A stretch of DNA of 64,000 nt from a virus. Both the position numbers and the translations under genes were made by a program. Positions 21,501 to 29,319 of this stretch are shown here, piece by piece. Below the pieces are notes generated by a model, which was given only the letters and a program-made list of their open reading frames with translations, made no database searches and was not told the DNA's origin. The first letter of the stretch is position 1, and the number at the start of each line of letters is the position of its first letter. The stretch is from positions 64,001 to 128,000 of IMG/VR virus record IMGVR_UViG_3300037391_000010, one strand, 5' to 3'.

Positions 21501-21717
21501 TAACCTCTACAATCAGGCGAGCCGTGTGAAGTACCTTATGAACAAGCTCACCGACAGCGAGATCAAGGACGCTATCAATAGCTCCTCGGCTCAGGGTGCG
21601 GTGTGGCACGAGGGCGAAGAGGGCGGCTACGTGTACGAAGTCTTCGTCCGTATCGACGACATCGACACCGAGAGCTTGATCGCGACATATAGCTTTATTT
21701 GCGGCACGAAGGAATAA
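18562..21717 (+). CDS. ~1050-aa multi-module protein with K-x-A linkers
   Basis: Start MPISIERL overlaps the stop of the previous gene. KIA, KNA, RTA, KGAS, KKAAA, KEAG and KTAG motifs lie between modules. Confidence 0.8.
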   Translation: MPISIERLQAAARRVGADIMHSDDDLSQKLETATPSAAEAGPSHDELVENSHDESGISVIDGEIRPPERQNVSAVRDAIEAQAEMEIGKSIGEKEEEMEARGDGPYGDKEVKDTTTTTIDAKPGKQIIINIAKEVDRGISVAPTQAKGIGGEKQHPRENTSSNGMFGGTSLSATPNFEKHSEEGTPSPDVVARVRGQYTSGMGRKSCMEHFKITEQQLDDILSGKYGKGKIATYHELKAAFTKNARLFNETELRLAGQEYLHMVRTAAIGVAQGQDEQGFHMLLNMNGREYVLRGADADSFRKEYAAIPKPEVAVNKLVEKYLWKMQPYQKQTIQHPPSETKQDSNSQALRRQRSEGLADADAYWGGKEKGQNDYKRYMTQHASTKIAAESYAEYQKLVQERSQIISQNRSRQMKGQPPAPVPPKPQPPMVPVAYAADGTYEGRLQDPADCPPGCKVKWEPAKGASMMTLAKIAGDYFGYDDWITGHTALMINNDSAGLTTLHNLTRSALKKKMTPKQLAGQFAKFFKKFGEQSKKFYAENAENARGERGKHEREQLEGVVKAPSGDKARDFVDSLTNMWYDAGGQSDWEQPSNEVNWEEIATAEMESERAENPDKYPQTNKEDDKFMEGVGMKMESLRTATAVLARVAAMSVGDKHQLRIAIDSLKMNPAMLGVMGGPSREEALEILAKHDLRWDETGGRVIKANDKKAAAGCDWQTEYGMGAGDARCGQPTTGNSPWCAEHIQEAKDNYPQHALPTKNGGEGAVKTPEEIEKEAGFNFFFPGQVLREVAPEMQHELVDYPNQTNTPMQYPDIVGDREEVPEEMALAAALDGALDTTIIAYVSTSPAAAAGIGRDGKSEVLEGAPLRKENDIRGLMFTDEFYGQQSGVPGAAFASQAKAAGFARPGSAFKYLKSLKLGKTAGADEAKQFSIFLQYVCGEIAATLVALFKVTYRPMLNQVPGKGEIQLAQVEQPQGLSSFNLYNQASRVKYLMNKLTDSEIKDAINSSSAQGAVWHEGEEGGYVYEVFVRIDDIDTESLIATYSFICGTKE

Positions 21718-21740
21718 CGGCTACCGAAGTTCTTCAACTT

Positions 21741-21747
21741 CAGTATT
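21741..21747 (+). promoter_or_regulatory. Representative copy of recurrent upstream motif (C/G/T)RGTATT, candidate phage promoter element
   Basis: Similar copies at 22485, 26990, 28891, 33604, 33947, 37133, 39464, 46665 (variant) and 46592-46598 (minus strand), mostly shortly upstream of gene starts. Confidence 0.45.
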
Positions 21748-21767
21748 CATAGTGTAGGGGCATATCT

Positions 21768-22292
21768 ATGAGTAGCCTACCGCAGTATAAAGGTAAAACT
21801 CGTCAGCAGTACATGAGTGAGTGGCATAACAAGTATCGTGCATATTGGAGCACGCACGATGCGTATGTTGAAACCAAGTCCAAAATTTGCGTGTACTGTG
21901 AAAAGGAAAAGCCGAGCGTTGCTTTTTCCAAGGCAAACACGAACAAGGATGGGTTACAGGCATACTGTATCGACTGTCTCAAGCAGTGGCACATCGATGA
22001 TCCAACACGTCAAATGCTGCTCAACGCCCGTGCCCGAGCCCGTCGTTTGGGAATTGAATTCGCTCTTGATGCAAAGGATATAGTAATTCCGAAAGTTTGC
22101 CCCGTTTTGGGTATCCCGCTTGTCGTGAGATCAAAGGGGAAAAACAACTCTCCGAGTCTGGATAGGAAGGATAACTCTAAGGGATACACCTCAGATAACA
22201 TTCGAGTGATCTCGTGGCGGGCAAATGATATCAAGGGGAACGCCACTGTCGCTGAGCTAGAAAAAGTGTTAGAATACATGAAGGAAGCATGA
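21768..22292 (+). CDS. His-Me-finger (HNH-like) homing endonuclease
   Basis: CVYC...CIDC Zn ribbon, then CPVLGIPL...SPSLDRKDNSKGY..DNIRVISWRAN..K. More AT-rich than its neighbours. Confidence 0.75.
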   Translation: MSSLPQYKGKTRQQYMSEWHNKYRAYWSTHDAYVETKSKICVYCEKEKPSVAFSKANTNKDGLQAYCIDCLKQWHIDDPTRQMLLNARARARRLGIEFALDAKDIVIPKVCPVLGIPLVVRSKGKNNSPSLDRKDNSKGYTSDNIRVISWRANDIKGNATVAELEKVLEYMKEA

Positions 22293-22510
22293 AGATCGGG
22301 GTCAAAACCTCGTCGAAATCGGGTCGTGTTCTCGCCAAAGGTCTTGGTAAAGACGGCTGGAAGGATGCGATTGATCTCATTGAGTGTGACCAAGATGAGT
22401 GGGATGATTGGCTTGAAACCCCCGCAGCACAGGCAAGTGGCGGGCAGGGCCGTGTAAGATTCGTTCGAGCCGATCTCAGAAACCCAGTATTAAACCGAAG
22501 AGGACGATAA
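22289..22510 (+). CDS. Hypothetical protein
   Basis: ATGA-coupled ORF, weakly similar to the following small ORF. Confidence 0.55.
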   Translation: MKIGVKTSSKSGRVLAKGLGKDGWKDAIDLIECDQDEWDDWLETPAAQASGGQGRVRFVRADLRNPVLNRRGR

Positions 22511-22550
22511 TGGACTACATCGACGCTGAAGTAGACACAACGGTACTGTA

Positions 22551-22727
22551 ATGAGTAGCGAAATCATCAGTGAAGTCAACGAGAACGACCCTTGGGATGT
22601 GTTCCAAGAGAAGCATCTTCCAGAAGACGAAGAGCGGCAAGATATTGGGATCAAAGGCGGGCCTCGCAGGGTAACAGTACGCCGCGCAGACAAGGCTCAG
22701 CGTCCCGTGTTTCGGAGATCGGAATAA
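22551..22727 (+). CDS. Hypothetical 58-aa protein (not in ORF track)
   Basis: MSSEIISEVNENDPWDVFQEK...GGPRRVTVRRAD...FRRSE; resembles the C-terminus of the previous ORF. Confidence 0.5.
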   Translation: MSSEIISEVNENDPWDVFQEKHLPEDEERQDIGIKGGPRRVTVRRADKAQRPVFRRSE

Positions 22728-22729
22728 CC

Positions 22730-22981
22730 ATGTGCGGAGGAGTAGGACATCGAAGTTACCGACGCTTAGCAACGCTGCCGATTGATCCGAGCCCCACTCC
22801 GTGGGATTTCAACACGTGGGGGTTTTTCTGTGACAATTGCATGACGTTCTTCGACTTGCTGCAACACGGCAAGGTTCTCACGTTTATGGACGAGGACGGA
22901 GAATGCTGGGCTAGTTACGAGCACAAGTGTGGTCAGCCAGCCCGATATATCGGATATTGTCGGGACGAGGCACAGGCATGA
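22730..22981 (+). CDS. Hypothetical Cys/His-containing protein
   Basis: CDNC...HKC motifs; coupled to the next gene. Confidence 0.45.
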   Translation: MCGGVGHRSYRRLATLPIDPSPTPWDFNTWGFFCDNCMTFFDLLQHGKVLTFMDEDGECWASYEHKCGQPARYIGYCRDEAQA

Positions 22982-23379
22982 AAGTTCCCGTCCCGATTGA
23001 AGCCCTCCTCATCGAGCACGCGAAAGTTAGTAGGGCTTGGTTAAAACGTCGGTTGATACGAGAGGGGTTGTTAATCGACCATTGCTACATTTGCGGCTTG
23101 ACGGAATGGTTGGGCAAGCCCATTGTGCAACGTCTCGATCACATCAACGGTGTCAATGACGATTATAGGCTCGAAAATTTGCGGTTGCTTTGTCCGAACT
23201 GCGACAGTCAGACGCCCACGTACTGCGGTCGAAACATAGAACGTCGGGCGGAAGTTAACCACTGTGAGTGCGGGAAAGCAATAGAACGTCGTTCGACCCA
23301 GTGTAAAAGCTGTGCTGGGAAAACGGTTTATATCAACAATTTTACTCGCGTAGCTCAATTGCAGAGCACTTCATTCTAA
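22978..23379 (+). CDS. HNH endonuclease
   Basis: CYIC...LDHINGVNDDYRLENLRLLCPNC, plus a C-terminal CxC/CxxC. Its 3' end overlaps the tRNA. Confidence 0.85.
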   Translation: MKVPVPIEALLIEHAKVSRAWLKRRLIREGLLIDHCYICGLTEWLGKPIVQRLDHINGVNDDYRLENLRLLCPNCDSQTPTYCGRNIERRAEVNHCECGKAIERRSTQCKSCAGKTVYINNFTRVAQLQSTSF

Positions 23380-23418
23380 ACGAAGGGGTTGCGGGTGTAA
23401 GTCCCGTCGCGGGTTCCA
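23344..23418 (+). tRNA. tRNA with CUA anticodon (amber suppressor-type)
   Basis: Acceptor ACTCGCG/CGCGGGT; D-arm GCTC/GAGC; anticodon arm CTTCA-TTCTAAA-CGAAG (one A.C mismatch); T-arm GCGGG-TGTAAGT-CCCGT; discriminator T; encoded CCA. Confidence 0.8.
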
Positions 23419-23432
23419 TTTTAGGAGCAATC

Positions 23433-23654
23433 ATGCTGATTCAAATCGATGACGGCGATGAAAACAGTCTCGAAAGTTTGAGAAACACCACGGGTGCCAA
23501 GGACTACAAGGAGCTATTCAACAACGCTCTAACCATGTTGTCGTGGGCTGTTGAACAACGTCGGGCTGGGCGTGAAATTGGTTCCATCAACGAGACTGAA
23601 AAGTCATATCGCGTGCTTCAGATGAATATCCTCGACCGCGCTGTGGCTAACTAA
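23433..23654 (+). CDS. Small hypothetical protein, possibly ribbon-helix-helix DNA-binding
   Basis: AGGAG RBS; strand-helix-helix-like pattern. Confidence 0.55.
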   Translation: MLIQIDDGDENSLESLRNTTGAKDYKELFNNALTMLSWAVEQRRAGREIGSINETEKSYRVLQMNILDRAVAN

Positions 23655-23688
23655 CAGTTCGGCCCTACCATGCGTGGGTGCCGATTTA

Positions 23689-23731
23689 GGGGGCGGTTCT
23701 CTCCGCTACGCAGCCGCCCCCGGTTTTCTTT
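23689..23731 (+). terminator. Possible intrinsic terminator
   Basis: GGGGGCGGTT...AGCCGCCCCC stem followed by GGTTTTCTTT. Confidence 0.4.
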
Positions 23732-23917
23732 ATGACCACGAACTGTATTAAATGCGGTAAACCCCTCGAAGAAGACCTCGTGAAGAAGCTCCAGATCATG
23801 GCCGAACTCTTCGGCGAAGATTTCACCGAGCACTTTGTCTGCGATACCTGCTACGTGCCGACTCCCTGCCCGCCCGACTGCGAAGGCTGTGTATGGGAAC
23901 GAGAACACACCGAATAA
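23732..23917 (+). CDS. Small Cys-rich hypothetical protein
   Basis: CIKC...CDTC...CPPDCEGC motifs. Confidence 0.5.
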   Translation: MTTNCIKCGKPLEEDLVKKLQIMAELFGEDFTEHFVCDTCYVPTPCPPDCEGCVWEREHTE

Positions 23918-23968
23918 CCTTCCCAAATCCAAATCCTCCTGCTACGTAACCCTTTTGTATGGAGTCCC

Positions 23969-26101
23969 ATGGCTGACAAGAAAGTCAAAAGTACAACTTG
24001 GACAAAGCTCGCAGACAACCTTCTGCCTGACGCGACAAAGAAGATCAATGCCATTGACTTCATTGAAGGCCCGGGCGGAACTGGTATCGTCCTGCGTCCC
24101 GTTCAGCGTGTTCTCGTAAAGTCCCTCTTCGCCGTCCCATTCGATTACCGCCCCAAGTGGGCAGACGCCATCGAAAACTGGGGCATGGTGGAGATGTGGA
24201 ATCCATTCCGCGATGAACTGCTCCGCACAGTCACGGAAGAAGAGTACCTCCACATCGTTCACGAAGAAGGTCGCTGTAACGTTGGGGATTGGCGAGACAT
24301 ACCTGAAAGAGGCTTCAACGAAGCTGTTGTCTTCTGCGGTCGTCGTGGCGGTAAATCGGAAGTCGTCGCCGCCATCGCCGCATACAAACTCTACCTCACC
24401 CTGTGCATCAATTCGCCGCAGAAGTTTTTCGGCTTGGCCGAGGGCTCCAAGATCGACTTCACCTTTTTGGCTCAGGACGAAACGGGTGCAGGCCGACTGT
24501 TCCAAAAGCTTCAGGCCGCAGTCACCCGTGCAACGTGGTTCCACACCTACATCAAAGACAGCAACGTCAAGAACCTGACATTCACTTGCGAGGCTGACCG
24601 TCACCACAAGGTCGATGCCAAGCCGTCGATTCAAGTCGTATCGTTGCCTTGCACAACGAACGCCGTTCGTGGCCCTTCGTCTCTCTTCCTTGCCCTCGAT
24701 GAGTTCGCTCACTTCCGTTCCGAAGTGGGCTCCACGTCTGAAGATATGTATGTGGCCGCTACGCCTGCCGCTGGCGACTTCCACCATGAAGAAAACAAGC
24801 CCGTCATCCTTGATGAGGCTGATTTTCATCAAGCGGGCGATTTCAAGCACGTGGAACCAGTCGGTACGGAAGGCAAACTTGAATTTCAGGACTCATTGAT
24901 TCTGAGCATCTCGTCGCCATTGAAGAAAGTCGGTATGATGTACGACCTCTACCGCATGGCGATGGAGGACGGCATTAACGAGGACAACCCGACGTTCGCC
25001 CTGAGTTGTTCGTCGGCGGAAATGAACCCGAAGTTAAAGGCGGGGTTCTTGCGTGACAAAGCCCGTAAAAATCCTCTCACGTTTAAGGCTGAGTACGGCG
25101 GGCAGTTCTTGGAATCTACGGAATCGTTCGTTCGATCCATCGACATCATGACCTGTACGGATGTTACCGCATGGGATGTCAAAACCGAACCCACATTTGG
25201 CGTCCTTGCGCCCGCATCGGGAGCAATCGTCCGTCAAAACTGCGTGCGATTCGACGGTAATCAGGTGGGCTACAACTACTTCTGGGGTCTCGATCTGGGC
25301 GGCGTGAACGTCACCGATCCTGACAATACCCGACCCGATGGTTGCGCGTTGGCGATTGGGCACCTTGAGGTTCGTCAATCGCAGAACCCAACGCCCGGAT
25401 TGACTCACGGTTTTCACTTAGTGTTCGACTACATTGATCGTATGATTGCAGGTGAAAGGTTCGATGGCCCGGGGGTCGATATCCAAACTCCCGAGGGTGT
25501 GAAGTACACGGATTTCCAACTCCTGCCCGTGAAGGACATCCTGCTCTGGCTGAAGGAAATGAACAAGGTTCTCCCGTGCTACAAAGGATCAACCGATCAA
25601 CACGCAGGTCGTCAGCTTATCACCTTGTTGGAACAGAATGAAGTCAACAACATGGAACTGGTAAACTTGACTCCCGCAGTCAACTCGGAAATGGCGTATG
25701 CGCTGCGTTCGTTCATCAACGATCACACTGCCAACTTCCCGTATGTGCCCAAGTTCATCCATGAAATCAAGATGGTTGAGACCGACGTGGTTGCCAAATA
25801 CCGCATTCGCGTCCACGCCCCTCTGGAAAAGGGAGCCCACGACGACATGGTGGATGCTGTCATGCTCGTCGCTATGCAGGTTCAGACATGGCTAATTGAC
25901 GAGGGTCACCTGAAGATGGACCCAACGGGGCAGAGCCTTGTCATGCAGCGTCAGCAGGCACTCCCGAAGAAGCCGATTATCAACATAGATGCCATGAGTA
26001 TGAGTGACTTAAAGGCAGCGGAACGTGAATATCAGATGACCAAATTCAAGTTCGGCGGCGGCAGCCACCGTGTTGCCCGAGGTAGAGGACGCCGTTTCTA
26101 G
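23969..26101 (+). CDS. terL: Terminase large subunit
   Basis: Walker A CGRRGGKS, Walker B LFLALDE, coupling motif ISSP, RNase H-like nuclease WGLDLG and C-terminal HDDMVDA. Confidence 0.9.
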   Translation: MADKKVKSTTWTKLADNLLPDATKKINAIDFIEGPGGTGIVLRPVQRVLVKSLFAVPFDYRPKWADAIENWGMVEMWNPFRDELLRTVTEEEYLHIVHEEGRCNVGDWRDIPERGFNEAVVFCGRRGGKSEVVAAIAAYKLYLTLCINSPQKFFGLAEGSKIDFTFLAQDETGAGRLFQKLQAAVTRATWFHTYIKDSNVKNLTFTCEADRHHKVDAKPSIQVVSLPCTTNAVRGPSSLFLALDEFAHFRSEVGSTSEDMYVAATPAAGDFHHEENKPVILDEADFHQAGDFKHVEPVGTEGKLEFQDSLILSISSPLKKVGMMYDLYRMAMEDGINEDNPTFALSCSSAEMNPKLKAGFLRDKARKNPLTFKAEYGGQFLESTESFVRSIDIMTCTDVTAWDVKTEPTFGVLAPASGAIVRQNCVRFDGNQVGYNYFWGLDLGGVNVTDPDNTRPDGCALAIGHLEVRQSQNPTPGLTHGFHLVFDYIDRMIAGERFDGPGVDIQTPEGVKYTDFQLLPVKDILLWLKEMNKVLPCYKGSTDQHAGRQLITLLEQNEVNNMELVNLTPAVNSEMAYALRSFINDHTANFPYVPKFIHEIKMVETDVVAKYRIRVHAPLEKGAHDDMVDAVMLVAMQVQTWLIDEGHLKMDPTGQSLVMQRQQALPKKPIINIDAMSMSDLKAAEREYQMTKFKFGGGSHRVARGRGRRF

Positions 26102-26171
26102 GGATTTTCCCATTTATTAACCCAATTTCAAACTGTTAGGTAGGGACAAAACTACTCACACGGGGCTGAAC

Positions 26172-26650
26172 TTGGACTACCCAAACATCACCATCGCCGC
26201 TACAGCGGTCGCCGCACTGTTGGTCAGCATCTACCAGCACATGCGTGTCACAAAGATGCCCGACAAGATCAAGGCGGAAATAGCCGCCGACGCCCTTAAA
26301 GCCGCCGCCCTTATGCTGGCGGATTCCGTGCTTGCCGCAGCCAAGATCAAGGCCGACGCAGTTGTAGCCGCAGACAAAATCGTAGCAGCCGCAAAATAGC
26401 CGACAGCAACACCGAACTGAAACAAACCCTCGAAGGACAGGTCGCTGCCCAGAGAGAACTCGCCGTAAGCGTTCACCAGCTTGCCGAGGCGATGCACCAC
26501 CAATCTGAATTACACTCCGAACAACTTCAACTGATCCGCGAGATGAGCAACGAACAGAAGCTCCTCGCCCAGAACCAGATGACCATCATGAATGGTTTCC
26601 AGCGGGTCGTGGAGCAGTTGATTAACGTCGTGAGTGACAAGAGCGCATAA
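26172..26650 (+). CDS. Membrane-anchored coiled-coil protein (holin/spanin-like), with a -1 frameshift at ~26393-26399
   Basis: N-terminal TM helix. After GCA AAA TAG, the -1 frame continues (K)IADSNTELKQTLEGQ...SDKSA to TAA at 26650, directly before the next gene's RBS. Confidence 0.55.
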
Positions 26651-26660
26651 GGAGATAGCT

Positions 26661-26864
26661 ATGGCCGTTGAAAAGACCGCATTTGAATTACCGCAGTTTG
26701 ATCCCATCGCAGCCAGCAGGACGGCGTTGGAGGATACCCTTGATCGGTTCCAGCAAACGTTCGAGTCCTACTCGAAGCCCGAGTTGCGGCGTCGGCTGAA
26801 AGAAAAAGTCGGAAAAATTAGCATCGTTGTCGCACCAAACGGCATCGAAAAGAAGGCTGAGTAG
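26661..26864 (+). CDS. Hypothetical protein
   Basis: AAGGAG RBS before the ATG. Confidence 0.6.
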   Translation: MAVEKTAFELPQFDPIAASRTALEDTLDRFQQTFESYSKPELRRRLKEKVGKISIVVAPNGIEKKAE

Positions 26865-27018
26865 TAACGCTCGTAACCTTTTTCCACTTGGCAAAACCCA
26901 AACCTTGGTGTATAAACTAGATATGCCCTATGTACTAAAGGGTTAACGTGCCTACAGTGGAAGGCATAGGGCTGGATTCCTATGGAGTTCAGTATTTTGA
27001 TGGCGTGCTGGAGACTGA

Positions 27019-28074
27019 ATGGTTCCGTTAGAGACCACTGCATTCGCATTTTCTTCCCTCAAGTTCGGCAATCTCTTAGCTGTAGCTCTCTTTCAAGGCC
27101 CTAAACGAATCGATCAACTCTTCGCCCTCGCGCAGGAACGTATGCTGCACGAATGCGGTGACAAATGGCAATACGAGCTTATCCAGACCCTCATCGCTAT
27201 CGGTGAAGAAGTCGATGGCGTGTGGCACGTCCGCCGCACTATGCCAACGGATTTGCTCCCCGTCACCACACCCCCGCCCACCAAACCAGACTCCCAGTAC
27301 GACAAGATTCAGTACGATCCTCGCACGGGGCACCACGTCGGCGACGACGGTTTCCGCGTCCCGAAAGATTTCCTCGAATTCTACGAACGCTACCCCAACT
27401 ACATCCGCAATTGGGTGAAGAAACGCCTCGCCCGCTTTACAGTGGACGAAGACGTTGAAGACTGGACGCAGGATTTAATCATTCACATGAAGTACCTGCC
27501 GCAGACCAGCAAGCATCGCAAGCCGGGTGCAAATGACCGCATAAATGGCTGCACGGACGTGATCGAGACGTTCAACCCCATCAGTCAATATGGGGCCAGC
27601 GAACGTCGTTTTCGCTCCTATGTCAACATGTGCCTCACGAACAAGTTCAACACCGTGTACTCGAAGCGCAACAAGAATCCAATCTGTCGGCAGGGCAACG
27701 TCACCATCGTGACCAACGTTGATCCGTCGCACGAAAACGGTGAGTATGATGTGGTGGACGATGCGTATTGCCACGTGCATTCAGACTACCTGAGTGCCGC
27801 CACGTCCCGCTCCGCACAGCAGTACGAAAACTACCTGCTCGCCAATGAGTTTCGTCGTTACGTTGAGGCGAAAGACCCCGAGTTGGCACCAGTGGTGGAT
27901 GCGATCCAGCACGCTTCGTCCCAACACGAGGCTGCTCGATCTTTGGGCATCAGCGAAACCCTTTTCGCCCGTCACCGCACGCGGCTGAAGGAGTTGGCCG
28001 CAAGCTTCCAAAACCACGATGTGGGAGAGGGCAAACGGAAGCGCGGGCGACGTAAAACGGCGCAGGTGGTATAA
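27019..28074 (+). CDS. Sigma-70/ECF-like phage sigma factor with N-terminal extension
   Basis: Region-2-like YIRNWV....DVEDWTQD and FRSYV...L.N; C-terminal HTH SQHEAARSLGISETLFARHRTRL. Confidence 0.6.
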   Translation: MVPLETTAFAFSSLKFGNLLAVALFQGPKRIDQLFALAQERMLHECGDKWQYELIQTLIAIGEEVDGVWHVRRTMPTDLLPVTTPPPTKPDSQYDKIQYDPRTGHHVGDDGFRVPKDFLEFYERYPNYIRNWVKKRLARFTVDEDVEDWTQDLIIHMKYLPQTSKHRKPGANDRINGCTDVIETFNPISQYGASERRFRSYVNMCLTNKFNTVYSKRNKNPICRQGNVTIVTNVDPSHENGEYDVVDDAYCHVHSDYLSAATSRSAQQYENYLLANEFRRYVEAKDPELAPVVDAIQHASSQHEAARSLGISETLFARHRTRLKELAASFQNHDVGEGKRKRGRRKTAQVV

Positions 28075-28124
28075 TAGGCAACAAATGCAAGAACTTCGGG
28101 TTCTAATCTAGTATGGGGGCGAGC

Positions 28125-28865
28125 ATGTTCGAAGATAGCCTTTTAGAGTCAGGCCGTAAATTGAAGGACAAACGCGGGCGGTACACGTCGGTCGCATTTC
28201 TGATCGAGGCGGTGGTACTGGGCATCGCGCTCCTGATCCCTCTGTATTACACTGAGGAACTCCCCAAGGCCCAACTCCTCACATTCTTGATTGCCCCAGC
28301 CCCGCCCCAGCCGCCTCCCCCTCCAGCGGCAGCCATCGTTAAGACAGTGAAAGTAAAGGTCGAAACCGATCTCACCGATGGCAAACTCAGAACGCCAACA
28401 CGGATTCCCAACAAAATTCAGAAGATCGTCGAAGACGTTGCGCCTCCATCCGTTTCTACCAGCGGCGTGCAGGGCGGCGTAGTCGGTGGAGTTCCGGGAG
28501 GCGTCCCGAACGGTGTGCTAAATGGTATCCTCAGTATGAACCCGACTGTTCAGCCTACACTCGCCCCGCCGAAAGTTGTACGTGTGTCTACTGGCGTGTC
28601 CACTGGAAACCTGATCCGTAGAGTGCAACCGAACTATCCGCCGCTGGCACGGCAGGCCCGCGTTCAGGGCTCCGTGTTGTTAGAAGCCACGATCTCTGAG
28701 AACGGCGACATCGTGGACTTGCATGTCGTCAGCGGGCACCCCATGCTCGTTACCGCTGCGGTTGAAGCGGTCAAGCAGTGGAAGTACAGACCGTACCTGT
28801 TGAATGGGTTGCCTGTCTCGGTACAGACTCAGGTTCAAGTGAATTTCACCTTGTCTGGTTCATAA
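28125..28865 (+). CDS. tonB: Energy transducer TonB (Acidobacteria-type)
   Basis: MFEDSLLES N-terminus, TM helix, Pro-rich linker, GGVVGGVPGG and TonB_C motifs YPPLARQARVQG.V.L...GHPML..AA.EAVKQWKYRP. Confidence 0.9.
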   Translation: MFEDSLLESGRKLKDKRGRYTSVAFLIEAVVLGIALLIPLYYTEELPKAQLLTFLIAPAPPQPPPPPAAAIVKTVKVKVETDLTDGKLRTPTRIPNKIQKIVEDVAPPSVSTSGVQGGVVGGVPGGVPNGVLNGILSMNPTVQPTLAPPKVVRVSTGVSTGNLIRRVQPNYPPLARQARVQGSVLLEATISENGDIVDLHVVSGHPMLVTAAVEAVKQWKYRPYLLNGLPVSVQTQVQVNFTLSGS

Positions 28866-29021
28866 GACTATTGTCTGATTTCCCAGACTACGGTATTATT
28901 ATAGTGCATGGGGGAGAAAGACCCCCGAAACGTTGTTCATCTGAGTAGCTAGTTCCAATGAGTTCCGTTAGAATCGGGCTTGGAACTAGCCTTTTTTCTT
29001 TCCTCGTGGTATCATCGGAAA

Positions 29022-29318
29022 ATGAACTGGCAAAGATTCGGTTTCGGAAGCGGCTTCGTTGTTTTCTCGGTCGCCAGCATTCTGTTCGGCCTTGATATCC
29101 ACCCTGCGGGGCGTTTGTTTCAATTTCTCGTCTACATGATCGTCTGGGCTCTGATCTCAACTCTCATCATCTATCCCATCAAAACACGACGGGCTGCCAA
29201 AAAGCAGAAAGCAGTGGACGACGCGAAGCGGGCGGCAGAGATAGCGACCAAAAAAGCGAAAGCGGTTGACTACACCCCCTCATTCGCGGCTGTCCGAAAA
29301 GGCGTCCGCAAGAGCTAA
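29022..29318 (+). CDS. Small membrane protein
   Basis: Two hydrophobic helices and a basic tail. Confidence 0.6.
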   Translation: MNWQRFGFGSGFVVFSVASILFGLDIHPAGRLFQFLVYMIVWALISTLIIYPIKTRRAAKKQKAVDDAKRAAEIATKKAKAVDYTPSFAAVRKGVRKS

Positions 29319-29319
29319 C

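Noticed and set aside
13008-21609. Long minus-strand ORFs (13008..14051, 15390..16988, 20638..21609) and, elsewhere, 45105..46064+
   Set aside because: They are shadows of real genes on the opposite strand, produced by codon bias.
23344-23418. tRNA-Pyl
   Set aside because: The arm geometry is standard (two bases between acceptor and D stems, 5-bp anticodon stem, 5-nt variable loop), and no pyl genes are seen.
23969-26101. Intein or intron in the long terminase (including a short AGDF.H duplication near 24770-24860)
   Set aside because: There are no intein splice motifs (C/S...HN-C/S/T) and no homing domain; the insertions are short loops.
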